A DNA stretch of 64,000 nucleotides from the human T2T-CHM13v2.0 reference genome, Homo sapiens. How positions within the stretch are numbered: position 1 is the stretch's first letter; every line of letters starts with the position of its first letter. The translations under genes were made by a program, and so were the position numbers. The notes under the pieces were generated by a model, which did not search any database, had not been told where the DNA came from, and saw only the letters and a program-made list of their open reading frames with translations. Positions 42,539 to 56,135 of this stretch are shown one piece after another. The stretch lies in NCBI RefSeq assembly GCF_009914755.1, contig NC_060926.1, one strand, 5' to 3'.

Positions 42539-43939
42539 ATACACAAAGTTCACAGAACTCTCTCTAAAATCCTTTAATATTTTTTTAAATACTGGGTTTC
42601 CTAGCACAGTCATTCTCAAAAACAGTCCCATGTGCTCACAAACAAAAGTATATGTATTGTGCATCTCCATTGGAGGAGTTAACTCCCTCTATTAAAATCT
42701 ATGTTTCGCTCAGAATCACACCAAACTGTTGAAACTTCCTCCAGGCCATTTACCTATATAGAAAACTCAGGGAGGTGTTTGGGGTTTCTTAATGTGCGTA
42801 TATCACCATTTTCTCATCCCTGCAAGGTCACCGAGTACTGTAAATCAAGATGATAAAATTAAGCTCCAAATTCACTCTTCCCATACTGCACACATGAAGG
42901 AGCTAGGAAGCTCTAGTTAAGATAATGGAAGTACAGTAAAAAGTAGAGGAAAAAGAAGAAATGAGAAGCAATATGTCCCACAAAGGACAGTCATGCCCCT
43001 AACTTTCCTCCCCACTCTTTTGTCCCTGATACAAGTAGGATACTTGTGTCCCTTGTGGGACAGGGTAGAAGTAAGTTATACCTCACTTCTAATTTCTTGG
43101 TTTTCCTCTATTTTTCACTCTGTCTTCATTATGTTAACTAGTGTTTCCTATCCCTCTCTTTTTATAGTGGTATGGGTATGCTAGGAAGAGAAACATGCTT
43201 CCAAATATCTTCTATCTGGAACTTTTCCTGCAATCTTGACTATAACAGGCAAAAATATGTCACCCTTCCCCTACTGGGGCAGGGAAAAGGGCTGAAGACA
43301 CCATTTGATATTTTAAGGTAGTAGTTGCTTTTCCAGTATTAATAATTCACATATTATCTTTTCACAAAACAATGACAATTATGTTAACAAAATAAAGTAC
43401 CAAAAATTGTCACAATACACTAATACATGAGAAATATACTTTCATGAAAAATGTCTGCTTTCTTAATCCATTTATGAAAATTCTTCAGTTGCTAAAAAAG
43501 GATTAAAATCACAGAATAGCAACAAACTTGTAGCAAATAAATATCAAGTTTAGGAATTTTATTTAATGTTTAAGTTTTTACTTGAGGTGTAATCAAACAA
43601 TAATATTAATTTACTTTCTGTCAACTCAGGTTTAGATCAAATCTCATATGTACAGCTGTGTATCCACTTGGATTAAATTCTTTGACAAAATGCAGAATTT
43701 CACCATTAAGATACATTTGTCTAATAGTTTTAAGTTTTGTCTAGGAATATATCTGGCTCATCACATAGGCCGTATTAATGAGGAACATGAGACTTGTCCC
43801 CATGCAAAAATGTTTTTAAAAAGCAGCATTTCACATAAATGAGAGGGGGAAAATTTAAAAATACAGACGAACCCGGAAGCATCTGTGTAATCACTCTTGG
43901 TGGCCTAGTTAACAGCCATTTTCTTTCCCTTTTTTTCTT

Positions 43940-45012
43940 AATAACAGCCTACCTCACATGACAGAAGCTAAAACTGCCACATTCTCAATTTAGCCTCAGT
44001 TGCAGCTAAGCGTGGCCCAGGGTTTGGCCAATGGAACTTAAGAAGTCTTCAGAAGAAATCCTTAGAAAGATTTCCCTCTGTTAAGAGCATGAATAAGAAT
44101 GTCATCCACGATGTATTCCACATTTCATACTAACTTCGATCAAGATAACCCTTTGGCTCAACCATTTACTAGAAAAACTCACAGGAGTCAGAAAAGCTGA
44201 TATGCTCCTGGTTACGGTTTATTGCAGCAAAAGGATATAGATTAAAATCAGCAGAGAAAAGGTGCAAAGGACAAAATTCAGGAGAAACTAGGTGCCAGAT
44301 TCTAGGTAATCTTTCCTCGAAGAGTCACACAGACATTCTTAATTCTTCCAGAGAATATGTATGGCACACAAGCAAAGTGTTGCCAACCAGGGAAATTCAC
44401 CAGAGCCTTCATGTGCAGGGATATTTTTGGTGGGGGGAGGTTGGCAGTGGGAGTTCAATCATATACGCACCTAACACCTTTGTGAGTCAACTCAGCTCTT
44501 AAGACTTCAATTCCCCATAGCAAAAACAGATATTTGCCATAAACCGCATTTTTAGTATAAACTAAGTGATCAAACTGGTACCTCATGGCCCAAGGCCTCA
44601 GAAATGTGAAACAACACAACAAAATTAAAAGAAAAATGAGGCAGAATATTCCAAGAGCTCAGAGTTCATCTTCCAGGAGGTAGCCAAGGACCAGTACTGA
44701 AGACAAAACTTTCTTGAGAATGTGTGAGGTTTGAGCAACCCAGCCCTTCTGGTTAAACCTCTCCTGCAAACTTTGAACTTGACTATGTAAGGATATGATG
44801 TTTGAAGCTGCGGCCCTCATCCTGTGACTATCAGGAAAGTTGGGAAAATTGTGAAAGCCGATACGAGCCCTGACATTTTTTAATTTATAATTACCACTTC
44901 TGAACCAACTTCCCGTGAATGGCTTTACGTGAAATATATTAATAAATTCTATTTTTACAGCCATTTTACTTGGCTATCCTTTTACTCAGTTAAAGAAATC
45001 TTAACTGACACA
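43940..45012 (+). mobile_element. Old MLT1-type LTR split by a MER21 insertion
   Basis: 'gcctcagttgcagctaagcgtggcc...ttggccaatgg' before the insert and 'tgatgtttgaagctgcggccctcatcctgtgac...ttaactgacaca' after it. Confidence 0.55.
44135..44769 (-). mobile_element. MER21 (MER21C-like) LTR
   Basis: 'ggttacggtttattgcagcaaaaggatatagattaaaatcagca', 'gtgttgccaaccagggaa', 'ggcagaatattccaagagctcagag', 'ggtttgagcaaccc'. Confidence 0.8.
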
Positions 45013-46139
45013 GCATCCAATGCACATTATAGCATACAAATAAATATTGAAGGTTAAAAAGTATATCTTCTGACAGAATTAAGTCTTACATATGACGGGT
45101 CTGTCTTCTTGTTGTGTCATTTTCTGGTCCTTTCTCCAACTTTAAACAGATGCAACAGCTGCAATATTCCTGTTGCTACTTTTAACAATCGGAAGACATT
45201 CTCATAATCTTTTACTCATTTTTTTTTGAAATGCTATTTACTTCCAATTAAGCTAGCCCAGTGTTTTACATGATAAACTTTCAATAAATGTATTGAATGT
45301 TCTATTTGAATTTCAGATAGTTTTCCAATGAGATTTTGCCATATAATTCTTTTAAAACGTAATATGAGATCCTTGCCTGGCATCTACAGGTGATAAAAAT
45401 CACTTCGAAGGAGATATTTATGACACTGTAATCTTAATGGAAATAGTTAATTTGTAGCCATTCCATATTTTTCTATTTTGCTTTTCTTTTTCTATAGAAA
45501 TAAAAATATTTTCACCAAAAAGTATAAACATTGATGTAAACCTCTATTAGCCTCAGATAAGGTACTTTAAATCCTAGCTTTCCAGTAGTTCCTTCTGTAA
45601 TACCTTGAATCCTTCAGCACAATTTTAGATTATTAGATAACTTTTATAATCTCCAGGCTTGAATGTTTGGTTTTGAAATAAAGGTGTAATTTCCTATAGA
45701 ATTCTGAAGGTTTTTCACTTGTGTGAAAGTCTGACATTGAGGTTTTAGTGATTTATTTTGGAACCTGGAGAAGACTTCATTTTCATACCTGTCACACTAG
45801 GTGATTTGTAGGGCTTAATGACATTCAAAGGTTGTCAACTTGATTTATTTGTAATTTGGGAGACTCAGCTAGTAGATACTTGGAGCTGGTTTGTTGGTTT
45901 AGAGGTGTTTTCCTGTGTGTCTAAATACAGAATAATGCTACAGCAGTAAGTAAAATGTAGTGTATAAAACAAAGCTCCCAGAACAACTTATAGTGCATGG
46001 TAGATTCTCAACAAATCTTCTTTGCCTTCTACTTCATTCGCTAAAGCCCCATTATTATAGGTCCTATCTCTACTATATTTTAATTAAATAATTTACTGAA
46101 ACTATTTTTCCTAGCGTCTGTCTCTGTTTTCTTCAATTT

Positions 46140-47152
46140 AAACACACTTACAAAATTTAGAACAGTCTTAGATTAACGGAAATTTGCAAAGATTATACTG
46201 AGTTTCCACGTACCCCTCACCCTGTTTCTCCCATTTTTATTATCTTTCATTGGAATGGTTCACTTGTCAAAACTAAAAAGTCAGCCTTGGTACATTATTA
46301 TGAACTTAACTTTACACTTTATTCATTTCACTAGTTTTCACCTAATGTCCTGTTTCTTTCTGCGGATTCTATCCAGGATACAATCACACATTTAGTCATC
46401 CAGCATTCTTAGGTGCTTCTTGGCTATGACAGTTTCTCAGACTTTGCTTTTGATGACTTGACAATTTTAAGGAGCACTGGTCAAGTATTTTGTAGAATGT
46501 TGCTCATTTTGGATTTTTCTAATGTTTTTCTGATGATTAGGCTGGGGTTGTGTTTTTAGTAGGGAGACCAGAAGTTCCCTTCTCAGCTATCATATGAAAT
46601 GTACGTGCTATTAAGATGACTAATTGCTAATGGTGTTAATAGTTTGATCACCTGGTAGAGGTAATGTTTGACAGATTTCTCTACTGTGAAGTTACCTTTC
46701 CCCCTTTTTTTCATGCTCTATTCTTTGAAAGCAAATAATTAAGCACAGTCCACACTCAAGATTTGAGGAACTAAGCCTAACCTAATATAGCAGGTAGTAC
46801 CTATATAAATTATTTAGAATTTTTCTGTATGGAATATTTGTTTCTATCTCTCATTTATTTATCCCATCTTTTTATACCATTAAGGACATTATACCATAGG
46901 CATTATTTTTTATTTTGCTGCTCAAGTTGTTTCAGTTTTGGCAGTTAGGTATCTTTTATTTTGGCTCCTATATCCCTTTAATATTTCCCCATTGTTTTGA
47001 TTTTTGTGGATGTTCTTACTTTCTGGAACTATAAGATGTTCTAGGGTCATTTTGTGTATTCCCTGCACAAGCATTAGAATCAGCCATTTTTTATGGAGCC
47101 CTGAGTCCTTTTATTTAGAATGGCATAAGAAATTAAGATCTGGGGTTCTGTG
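46140..47152 (-). mobile_element. L1MC-type 3' region
   Basis: 'ctatgacagtttctcagactttg...ttgatgacttgacaattttaaggagcactggtcaagtattttgtagaatgt'; appears to resume at ~48715 ('ctcattgctactggg'). Confidence 0.8.
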
Positions 47153-48050
47153 TGTATATCCAAGGAAATAAAATCACTATCTGAAGAGATATTTGCATTT
47201 TCACGTTCATTGCAGCATTATTCACAATAAACAAATTGTGGAAATAATCTTGCTATCTGTTGACAGATTAATTAAAAAAGAAATGTGACATATACATAAA
47301 CGCAATATCATTCAGCCTTAAAAAAGAAATCTTGCTATCTGCAACAACGTAGGTGAACCTAGAAGATATTTTTCCATGTGAAATAAGCTAGATGCAAAAA
47401 GTCAAATAATGTATGATCTCACTTATACATGTATATTAGTCTGTTTTCACACTGTTATAAAGAACTACCTGAGACTGGGTTATTTATGAAGAAAATAGGT
47501 ATAACTGACTCACAGTTCTTCAGGCTTAACAGGAAGCATTACTGAGAGTCCTCAGGAAGCTTACAATCATGGCAGAAGCAAAAAGGGAAGCAAGCACATC
47601 TTACCCTGGCAGAGCAGGAGAGAGAGAGCGTGCACAAAGTGGGAAGTGCCACATACTTTCAAACAATCAGATCTTATGAGAACTCACTTACTGTCAGAAT
47701 AGCAAGCCTCCATGATTCAATCATCCCCCCACCAGACCCTTCCCCTGACACACGGGAATTATAATTCAAGATGAGATTTGGGTGGGGGCACAGAGCCAAA
47801 CCATATCATTGTGGACCCTAAAAATTTGAATTCATAGAAGCAGAAAGTGGATTGATAGGTGCCAAGGGCTGGGAGGTAAAGCAAGTAAAGAGATGTTGGT
47901 CAAAGCATAAACTTTTAGGTATAAGATAAACAAGTTCTGGAGGCCTAAATGTACAGCATGGGTGCTACAACTAATAATAAGGTATACTTAAAGTTTGCTT
48001 AAGAAAGTGAACCTTAAGTAGTCTCACCACATATGCAAATGGTAACCAAC
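47153..48050 (+). mobile_element. L1MA/MB-type 3' end, split by an LTR
   Basis: 'atatccaaggaaataaaatcac...gttcattgcagcattattcacaata', then 'gagatgttggtcaaag...ataagataaacaagttctggagg'. Confidence 0.82.
47432..47808 (-). mobile_element. THE1D/MSTA-like solo LTR
   Basis: 'tattagtctgttttcacactgttataaagaactacctgagactggg...gagatttgggtgggggcacagagccaaaccatatca'. Confidence 0.9.
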
Positions 48051-48528
48051 ATATATTGCAGCCATGATGTAACTATACAGGAAGCCAGCAGGAAAACAAA
48101 GCAGAGACAAGGCTAGATTGATCTTCATCTCCTAGACGGAGAAAATTGCTAAACAAAATGGAAGTGTCATGGAAACTAAAATGATAAATTTTGGAAAATA
48201 TTAATATAAAAATTACTTGGTACTATTAATTTACTATAAATTAGCTTATTTAGGGGCAAACACAATAGAGTTATGTACTAAGCATTATGTCTTATTGGGA
48301 AGAATCACAAAAGTACTAAGTATGATCTGATATATTCAGAAAAATGTATATATTGACTTTCAATGAATTAAACTTCTGTCAATGTCTTTGTATGTCTTTG
48401 TATACTTTATTGTTAATGAAATTAAAAAGAGATAGGTTTTAACTATATTTCCATTTCTAAGTCTTTCGTTTTTATTGTTTTACCTTTTATGTTAAACGTT
48501 TGTCTAAAGTTCATGAAACCTCTTGCAA

Positions 48529-48697
48529 CCAGTAGTATGCTGGAGCTGGTTTCTATCAGCTTGGAAGATCCAGTTGTTAAATTTGTAGAAAGTTTGTGAG
48601 CTGGTTGTTAAACAGAGCCATTATTAAAAATAAAATTACATAAATTTACTATTAAATAAGTTATATTAATAAATGAAGGTAATAAATACTCAAAACT
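48529..48697 (+). mobile_element. MER63 (B/D-like) hAT fragment
   Basis: 'ccagtagtatgctggagctgg...gagctggttgttaaacagagccattattaaaaataaaatt'. Confidence 0.75.
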
Positions 48698-49822
48698 GAG
48701 CAAAAAAAAGACAGGGTGTTAATACGCTCATTGCTACTGGGTCCTTTTTCATTTCTGTCATAGAAAATTTCAAATGTATAAAAAATAGAATAATTATTGA
48801 ATCATTCAAAATGATTCACTCAATTTTAACAACTATCAACACAAGAAAATCTTGTTTCATCTACTCCTCTACCCACATATTCTAGGAAAGCACTTCCTGT
48901 GCATTTTCTAAAATTATATTTTGTTTGCCACTTCCTTTAGTCAATCCCACTGTACTAGTATTTTGCAAAACAATCTCAGATTTTGTTTTCTTTGATGCTA
49001 TTTCCTTACTGTGTTTCACAAAGGCAAATAGGAATATTTGTATTTTATGTTTCTTTAGCTATTTCAGTGGTAATTTGGGTGGTAAAACTTGAATTAAGTA
49101 TAGGGTCACAAATCATTATCTTCAAAGAGAATATCTTATTGCCTTTTTTTACATTCCTGAAATAGTAGCTCAAATGGCTCTATATATGAGGCATCCTCAA
49201 TATTACTGTGGCATAGGTGTGGAGTGTTTTTTACAGGGCTTTTTTCAACGGTGTTTTCATTTAGGTTTCTTTCTTGAGGAAGCTCTATTGGGAATATGTG
49301 CTGACATTTCTTAAATATACTGGCTCCTTAATTACCTGGCCAGCATTTCACAAATAGTTAAGGTGTGAAATGAAGACAAACTTATTTATGTCTTTCTGAA
49401 AAGTTATATTATAAAAACTCATCTCCTTTCAGAAATTCACTTATCCTAAACACCTATTTTAAAACTAAAGCAAAAAATATATATAATAGGTCTCATAATC
49501 ATGAGACTGGAACTAAGGTACTGAAATTGCACCAACCTGTCTTTATAAACTATTTTCCTCAACTCTTCTCTTTTTGTTCTTTATGAGTTCTATGTGATTA
49601 TGTAGATAAACCATATATTCATCCCATTTCTCTTTTTCTTTGGCTCATTAGAGCCAGGAGTACAATTTAGGAAGAACTTGATAGATGTAGCTAAAGCCCC
49701 ATCCATGCATTTATCCCAATTCCACAGTCTAATTCAATTCTATTTTATTTAAAAGATATTGCTAAACTTCCACTGTATGGCAACATTCTAAATACTGAAG
49801 GTGGTAGAAGAATAAATACATA

Positions 49823-51086
49823 CAGTTCACTCTGGTATAATACTTCTTTTAAAAATGCACATTAGTCTCAACACTACTGATATATTATGAAACAGTTTGA
49901 GCGTAATACAAATTTTGCATTGGCTTATGCATGATTTCATCTGTGAGAAACACTAGCTGAATGCAGAAAATTGCACCCAGCTGAACTGAGCCACCACATA
50001 GGAATAATAAGACACACACGCAGACACACACACACACCCCTCAAATATCTACCACCTGCCTTAGTTCACCACATGTGTTGTAAACCCCATGGATTCATAC
50101 ATTGTGTTAAAACTTTCAATCCAATTTCATATAGAATTCCTTCTACCTCTTCACGGTAACTTTAAAGCCGGAACCCTTCTGACTTAAGCACAGTTCCAGG
50201 AAGACCTCTATTGACACGTGCCTTTGTCTTATCCCCTGTTCTTGGGTGAGAGAGACTTGTAACTTACATCTAAACATAAAACATGGAGAGTCGATGGGCT
50301 GCCTCTCCCATGATCATAATACATTGTATGGCAAATGTAAGAAAAAAAGGTAAAGATGTAATTGAGTTCCTTTACCAGCTGGCTTTTTGTTAATAGGCAG
50401 ATTATTCTGAGTGGGCTTTACCCAACCAGGTGAGCCCTTTAAAAGAGGGTAAAAGAGATGGAAGAATAAGTTAGAGATGCTTTCCTACTCTTCATGAAGA
50501 AGCAAATGCTGTATTGTGAACTGCCCAGGGAGCGGGTTGGCTTCCAGCAGATGACAGCCTCAATCCTTCAACCTTCAAAGTCTGTTCTGGCAACAACCTG
50601 AATGAGCCTGAAAGAGGACCAAGCCTTTAACAAAAATCACAGCCTCAGCTGACCCCTTGATTTCAGCCTCTGAGGCTCTTAGCCGAGGATCCATTTAAGC
50701 TCTGTCTGGCTTTCTGACCTATAGAACTTCAAGATAAAAAATGAGTGTTGATGTAGCCCATTAAGCTTATGGTTGTTTGTTAAGCAGTATCAGAAAACTA
50801 ATAGACGTTCTGATGCCCTTATCCACAAACAAGCTTCAGGCCATTTTCAAGGTAAATTTCCATTTTTGGTCATATTCATGCATTTCTTAACCATTCACTC
50901 TGTGTAAAAGTGTGCTACCTGTTTTATTAGGTTCCTATCTTTTCTTAAATGTCTCACTAACACAATTTTTTAGTGTTATGACCCAATCCCAGTTACTCCA
51001 TAGGGCTTGTGGTTTTTACTATGCAATTTTGCATGGCAAAGTGGTTTTTTAGGAATACATATGTCATAATATGTTAGAACTAGCTA
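49823..51086 (+). mobile_element. Tigger13a-like DNA transposon split by an MLT1 LTR
   Basis: 'gagaaacactagctgaatgcagaaaattgcacccagctgaactgagcc' and, after the LTR, 'cttcaggccattttcaaggtaaa...ttttaggaatacatatgtc'. Confidence 0.75.
50184..50805 (+). mobile_element. MLT1F-like LTR
   Basis: 'gattattctgagtgggc...caggtgagccctttaaaagaggg', 'caacaacctgaatgagcctg', ends 'gaaaactaataga'. Confidence 0.78.
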
Positions 51087-51732
51087 TACTCCCAAGATTT
51101 GGGGAGAAAACCTCACACAGTATTTATAATGAAAGCATCCTAAAAAGAGTAAAACATTTAAAAGTGGTATTCAATATAGTTGTCATAGTTGCTCTCCCCT
51201 TCCTCTTTTAAAAGTAATATTCAGCTTGTAAGTTCTTTGAGGATAAAACCAGGTTGTTACAAGCCTTTTCTTTCCAACTGCTATGCTTATAAATGACACA
51301 TGGTCAGCCTGACAATTCATTTAGGAGTTTGTTACTCTAAGTGAATTTGTTCAAAATTCTACTTTTCATAAATTGATAAATAAAATTGTCTCCTTCTTTT
51401 GGATTGTAATGTTTTTCATTCAATATTTAAAGTGATTGAGGAAATGTGCAATGTGTCTAGGAGTACTTTTATAAATGATTAACAAAGAACTTTAAAACAT
51501 TTACTTTTTAAACATAGAGAAAATAAGACTACAATAAATTGTCTTACAAAGAAAAACAGTTTCAACAAGAATACACCACTGCCAATCAACAATAGTACCA
51601 TATCACTCTATATTAGATCCAGCAAATTTTATTACATAATAAATGGATTCTCTAGGTCTCATCCTCTAATGAAAGTCTATCATTGCCTATTTTGTATATG
51701 ACAAGGAGATACATTTTGGGCCCGAGGTTAAA

Positions 51733-52102
51733 TGCTATGGATTGAATGTGTCTACCGAAAAGCACATATTGGAAACTTAATTCCTAATGCAACAGTGTTT
51801 GGAGCTGGGGGCTTTATTAGTGGTGATTAGGCCAGGAGGGCTCTGTCCTCATAAATTAAAGCTGGTATTGCAGGAATGTTTTGTTATGGTGTTAGTGGTT
51901 TCCTTATCAAAGGATGAGTCTGACCCCTTCTTGCTCTCTCTTGCCCTCTCTTTGTCCTTCTGCCATGAGATGATACTACCAGATGCCAGCCACTCTTTCT
52001 TGGACTTTCTAGCCTCCAGAACTGTAAGCAAGTAAAATTTTATTCATTATAAATTATCCAGGCTGTAGTATTCTGTTACAGAGCACAAAACGAACTAAGA
52101 CT
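51733..52102 (+). mobile_element. MST (MSTD-like) solo LTR
   Basis: Begins tgctatggattgaatgtgtc; 'ggaaacttaattcctaatgcaacagtg'; ends 'cacaaaacgaactaagac'. Confidence 0.85.
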
Positions 52103-53274
52103 GTCTGCATGTACATACTATTCCTTACACTAAAGTTCCCTAAAACCTATCAGAAAAGGTCATGAAAACACGAAACATCCTCCTCGTTTCACCAGGACCA
52201 AAGCAAAGATACGTGAAAATGTGTCAAGATGGTGAATGAGGACATAATATTTTACATCTGCTTAATTTATTTTTGCATACAAATTGCAAATAGGCAATTC
52301 TCTATTGTGATTTTGCTTATGACATTTGGATTTTTGGTTATTAGCCACTTGCAATACTTATGTTCATGCATTTGGTGTGGATCTCTATAGAGATCTTCAT
52401 CAGTGATTATCTAACCTATTCCCTAGGAACCCTCCCTTTGCTAGACCTGCATAGTACCATCTTAGGAGTTACCATATTCTTACATGACCACCCTAGGAAT
52501 TACCATATGTATCCACATTGATGATTTGGATTGAGATGAAAACTTCTCCCAAAATGATCCAATTTAGTTACTTCCTTATGAGTTTTAGACCTTGAGGGGA
52601 TTAAAAAGCCTCTAAAGGCCTTGCTGTATAACGGTTCTACGATGTAAACTTTTGTTCTTCCTGATAACCATGATTCTTACAGGTCAAGTGTGAGAGATAA
52701 TAAAGCAGATGCCATACATAAACAGAGACAAAAGATGGAATTGGAAAGGCTTCCTGGTAGATGTTGGTTCTCGGAGCTACTGCCTTTCCTATTGTTAGTT
52801 TTCCAAAAGTCATGTATGTAAAAAAGCCAATACCTTTCTCTATTCCAATCCACTAATTTACTTGGGTTTCTGTCTCTTGCAGCCAATGGAATCCTAATTA
52901 ACAAACTAAGAGGTAGCAAATAAATGAATATATATCATTTAGTATCCTTGATTGTGTATTATGTCCTCAGTTTAAAAATTCAACCTGATGTTTGATATTC
53001 TTCTTAAGAAACTTTCCATTTAAAAGTACTGATCTCTCTGTGAAGGTCTCCGTCTAAGGCTCTCAACATTGAGACAGGAGACAATGCAGTTAAGCAGGTA
53101 AAAAGAGGTAAAAATGATGTCAAGGGTTAAATCAAGCCCTTTTCTGACTAGGAAGCAACACGATTTATTTTTTCATGTAACTTATTACTTCAGAAGCCTT
53201 GTTCTTAAAGCGCAATTACACTGAAATGATTCAAATAAGCTGAATAATTTTGTAAAATACGTGTCCCAATTGCC

Positions 53275-53380
53275 TTTCTAAATTTCATGCTCCTGTAAGG
53301 CAGAGAATGTGCCCTTCCAATTTTTATATGGCTTTACATGAGACATATAATAGTCACATAATAAATGTTTGTTGAATTTA
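53275..53380 (+). mobile_element. L2 3' end
   Basis: 'gctcctgtaaggcagagaatgtg...ataataaatgtttgttgaatt'. Confidence 0.55.
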
Positions 53381-54525
53381 ACAGAAGGACAGGAGCCATG
53401 TGGATGTGGAAATTTAGGTTTGCAACAAAAGTCACACTTTAGAATCACATCTCATATCTGATGTTTAAAATCCTTTAAAATATTGATAAAATAAAAATTC
53501 AGTGTTAATTGGAGTTCTCTATTTTGACTGTCAGTTCTCTCATTTAAAACATTAAAAGTGGTATCATGTATAATTTACTGAATAACAGCAAAAGCCATTC
53601 CAAAGTGTTATGAATATGTTTAAACAAGTGCAGGACTAGAGGCTGAGATGTAAAGACTTTCAATTTTGTGGTTGCAAGATCAAATTCTGCAGCGTGCCTA
53701 TGGGCCTGACCACTATCCACGGAGGAGCTTTGAGGATTTTTGATGATATAGAACAATCAGTGGTGAAAGATCAAAGCCTTGAACATTGAGGGCAAATATG
53801 GGTTCATGCATTTTAAAGGCAGTCGTGCCTTAAATGATTTCAGGGCATAGAATAAAGCTGCTGGTGCTGGTGAGATGGGCATTCAGGGAAACCAACTCAC
53901 CTTCTTTTTACATGAATAGGAAAATAAAACTGTAACCCAGAATACTGAGTTCTCAATGTTTTCAAGCTGACAGAATGACTTTTAATCAGTTCATGATATT
54001 AAAAAATGCTTGTCAAGTTTGCTACATAATTTGTGAGAATTTCCTTTATTGATTTACACTGTGAAAAAAAATTAAGCAAAGCAAAGAACACAAAAGAATG
54101 TGATGTAGTCAACTTTAATATAAAATCATATTAATATATTTCCTGTGATTGTTTCTATGTTACTCTATTTGATTTTAATCAACATTACAAAGCTCTATGT
54201 AATATAGTATGTTCTCACTTTCAGAGTGACTTAGATATGATTTTGTGAGCATTCCTGTTACAAAGGTGAGCAGATGACTAAAACATAGGTTTAACTTACT
54301 ACTACTGGAGTTATCTTACTACAACATTACTATGATAATGTTGACTACATATTTTAACCTCAAGCTCAAGCCTACAAGCTCAGCCTCTCAGGAGGAGCTC
54401 TGGAGCGCTTCAAGGAAATAAAATTAAATTAGGTCACAGAGTTTAGGACCAGACATATCACTGGAAGGAAAGAAGAGGTTTTGTTTGCTTTGTTTTGTTT
54501 CTTTGTGGGGTGACATTAAACAGCT

Positions 54526-54716
54526 AGATGTTTCGCAAACTAACGCCCATGAACCACATCGAGCCTACAGTACAACAAATGCATTTGTGCCCATTTACCT
54601 CCCTAGTGTCCATGGCTGCTTTCATGCTACGATGGCAAAATTGAGAAGATTCAACAGAGGTCTTATGGCTGACAATGCTATCTGGACATTTGCAGAGAAT
54701 ATTTGTCCACCCATCG
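54526..54716 (-). mobile_element. MER58-like hAT MITE
   Basis: 'gtccatggctgctttcatgctacgatggcaaaattgag...tatctggacatttgcagag'. Confidence 0.7.
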
Positions 54717-55173
54717 GAGTTGGGTTCAAGAAGGAGTGTGAACTGATAATTTTAGACCTGCTCTGCTGTTGCTATTAGCTTTTTTTAACTTCGGTTTTCT
54801 TCTGAAACTTCCTTTGCACTTACAGTGAGAAAGTCTAAATATCCTACTACAGACTTTAGAAAAAGTGAGAGAGTAGACATGTTTCTTTAAGTTAAACAAG
54901 TGAAGTCCAGCATAATTCCCCAGGGCTGCAGACTTTACAGGATTATGACAAAGCCCTTTCTGTATAATAAAATGAGTGTTTACCTGGCATTGCCTCCACC
55001 AAACCACATATCCTAGCATCAGTGATCTGATTAAAAAATAATGTTTCAAAGAGAAAAATCAAAGTTACCTCATCTATCCTATCTTTGTAGCATGTTTTTA
55101 GAATATAAATATTTTTAAAAGTAGGTGAATATGTTTTGTACTAAAATTCTAAAAATGTGATAATTGCAATTAG

Positions 55174-55177
<4 letters not shown>

Positions 55178-55208
<31 letters not shown>
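55178..55208. repeat. (TG)n microsatellite
   Basis: Direct inspection. Confidence 0.92.
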
Positions 55209-55211
<3 letters not shown>

Positions 55212-55307
55212 AAATTTAATTTATAGAATACTTTCTTAGAGTGAAATCCAGTTTGAGTTGAAAAACTATCTCTGGTGGTTATTTTTATTTTTTGTATTTC
55301 TCTGCAG

Positions 55308-55480
55308 AAAGATTGGAGATCAGTATTGTATCAGTTTCAGGCTCTGTGTACTAATGGTGTAATTTCTAACAGCCAATCCACAACAAACCCATAAAACTTG
55401 TCTTAATGGGATTTTGCCTTGAGCACCATCTGTAATTAGGTAGGGGGTTTCCACTGCAACTCTATTACTGTGATTTCTAG
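55308..55480 (+). other. Candidate non-coding exon (173 nt)
   Basis: Long polypyrimidine acceptor ttatttttattttttgtatttctctgcag| and consensus donor TAG|gtaagt; stops in all three frames. Confidence 0.4.
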
Positions 55481-55902
55481 GTAAGTCTCTTGGGGGCCCT
55501 TTGGCCTCTGGGCCTCCAAGCTTTACAGCATTCACTGAGCATTAGCTAAGTCTCATGATGCTCAGGTGCGTGTGCACGCATGCGTGCACACACACACACG
55601 CGATATGGTTAATATCCATCAGCAGTTCTGTAATTAGTAAACGTGTCTGTGCTATGGGTTTTGTTCTTATTTTATTATTTTCTTCCTTTTTGCACATATT
55701 GGCTCTTTTGATGTAAGTACAATCCAACCTAGAGGCACAGAAGTAACCGCAGATGCCACAGCAGAAGTGTGCTGATGGCACCATCTGCTTTCTGCAATTC
55801 TCTCTTGGTCATTGATTTCTCCGGGAGATTTTCTTCAAAATAGTTGGACAGTCTTACAGCATGTTGTGTGACATATGGAGTGCTTTTTCACTATTGACTT
55901 CA

Positions 55903-56135
55903 GCATGCTGTAGTGGAAGGAGCAATGGATGTGGAATCAGAGGGCCAGAGTTAGAAGCCTGGATTAGTTTCCTCACTAGATAAAGTCATGTGTCCTTCCT
56001 GACCTTAACCTCCTAATCTGTAAAATAATGATAAATGGTTATTAAAATTGCCTAGGAGGTACAATGATGAATAAATTAGAAAACATTAGAAATGCTCAAG
56101 AAATTATGAAGCACTGTTTACAAATAAATTATAAT
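55903..56135 (+). mobile_element. MIR
   Basis: 'gtagtggaaggagcaatggatgtggaatcaga...cctcctaatctgtaaaat'. Confidence 0.7.
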
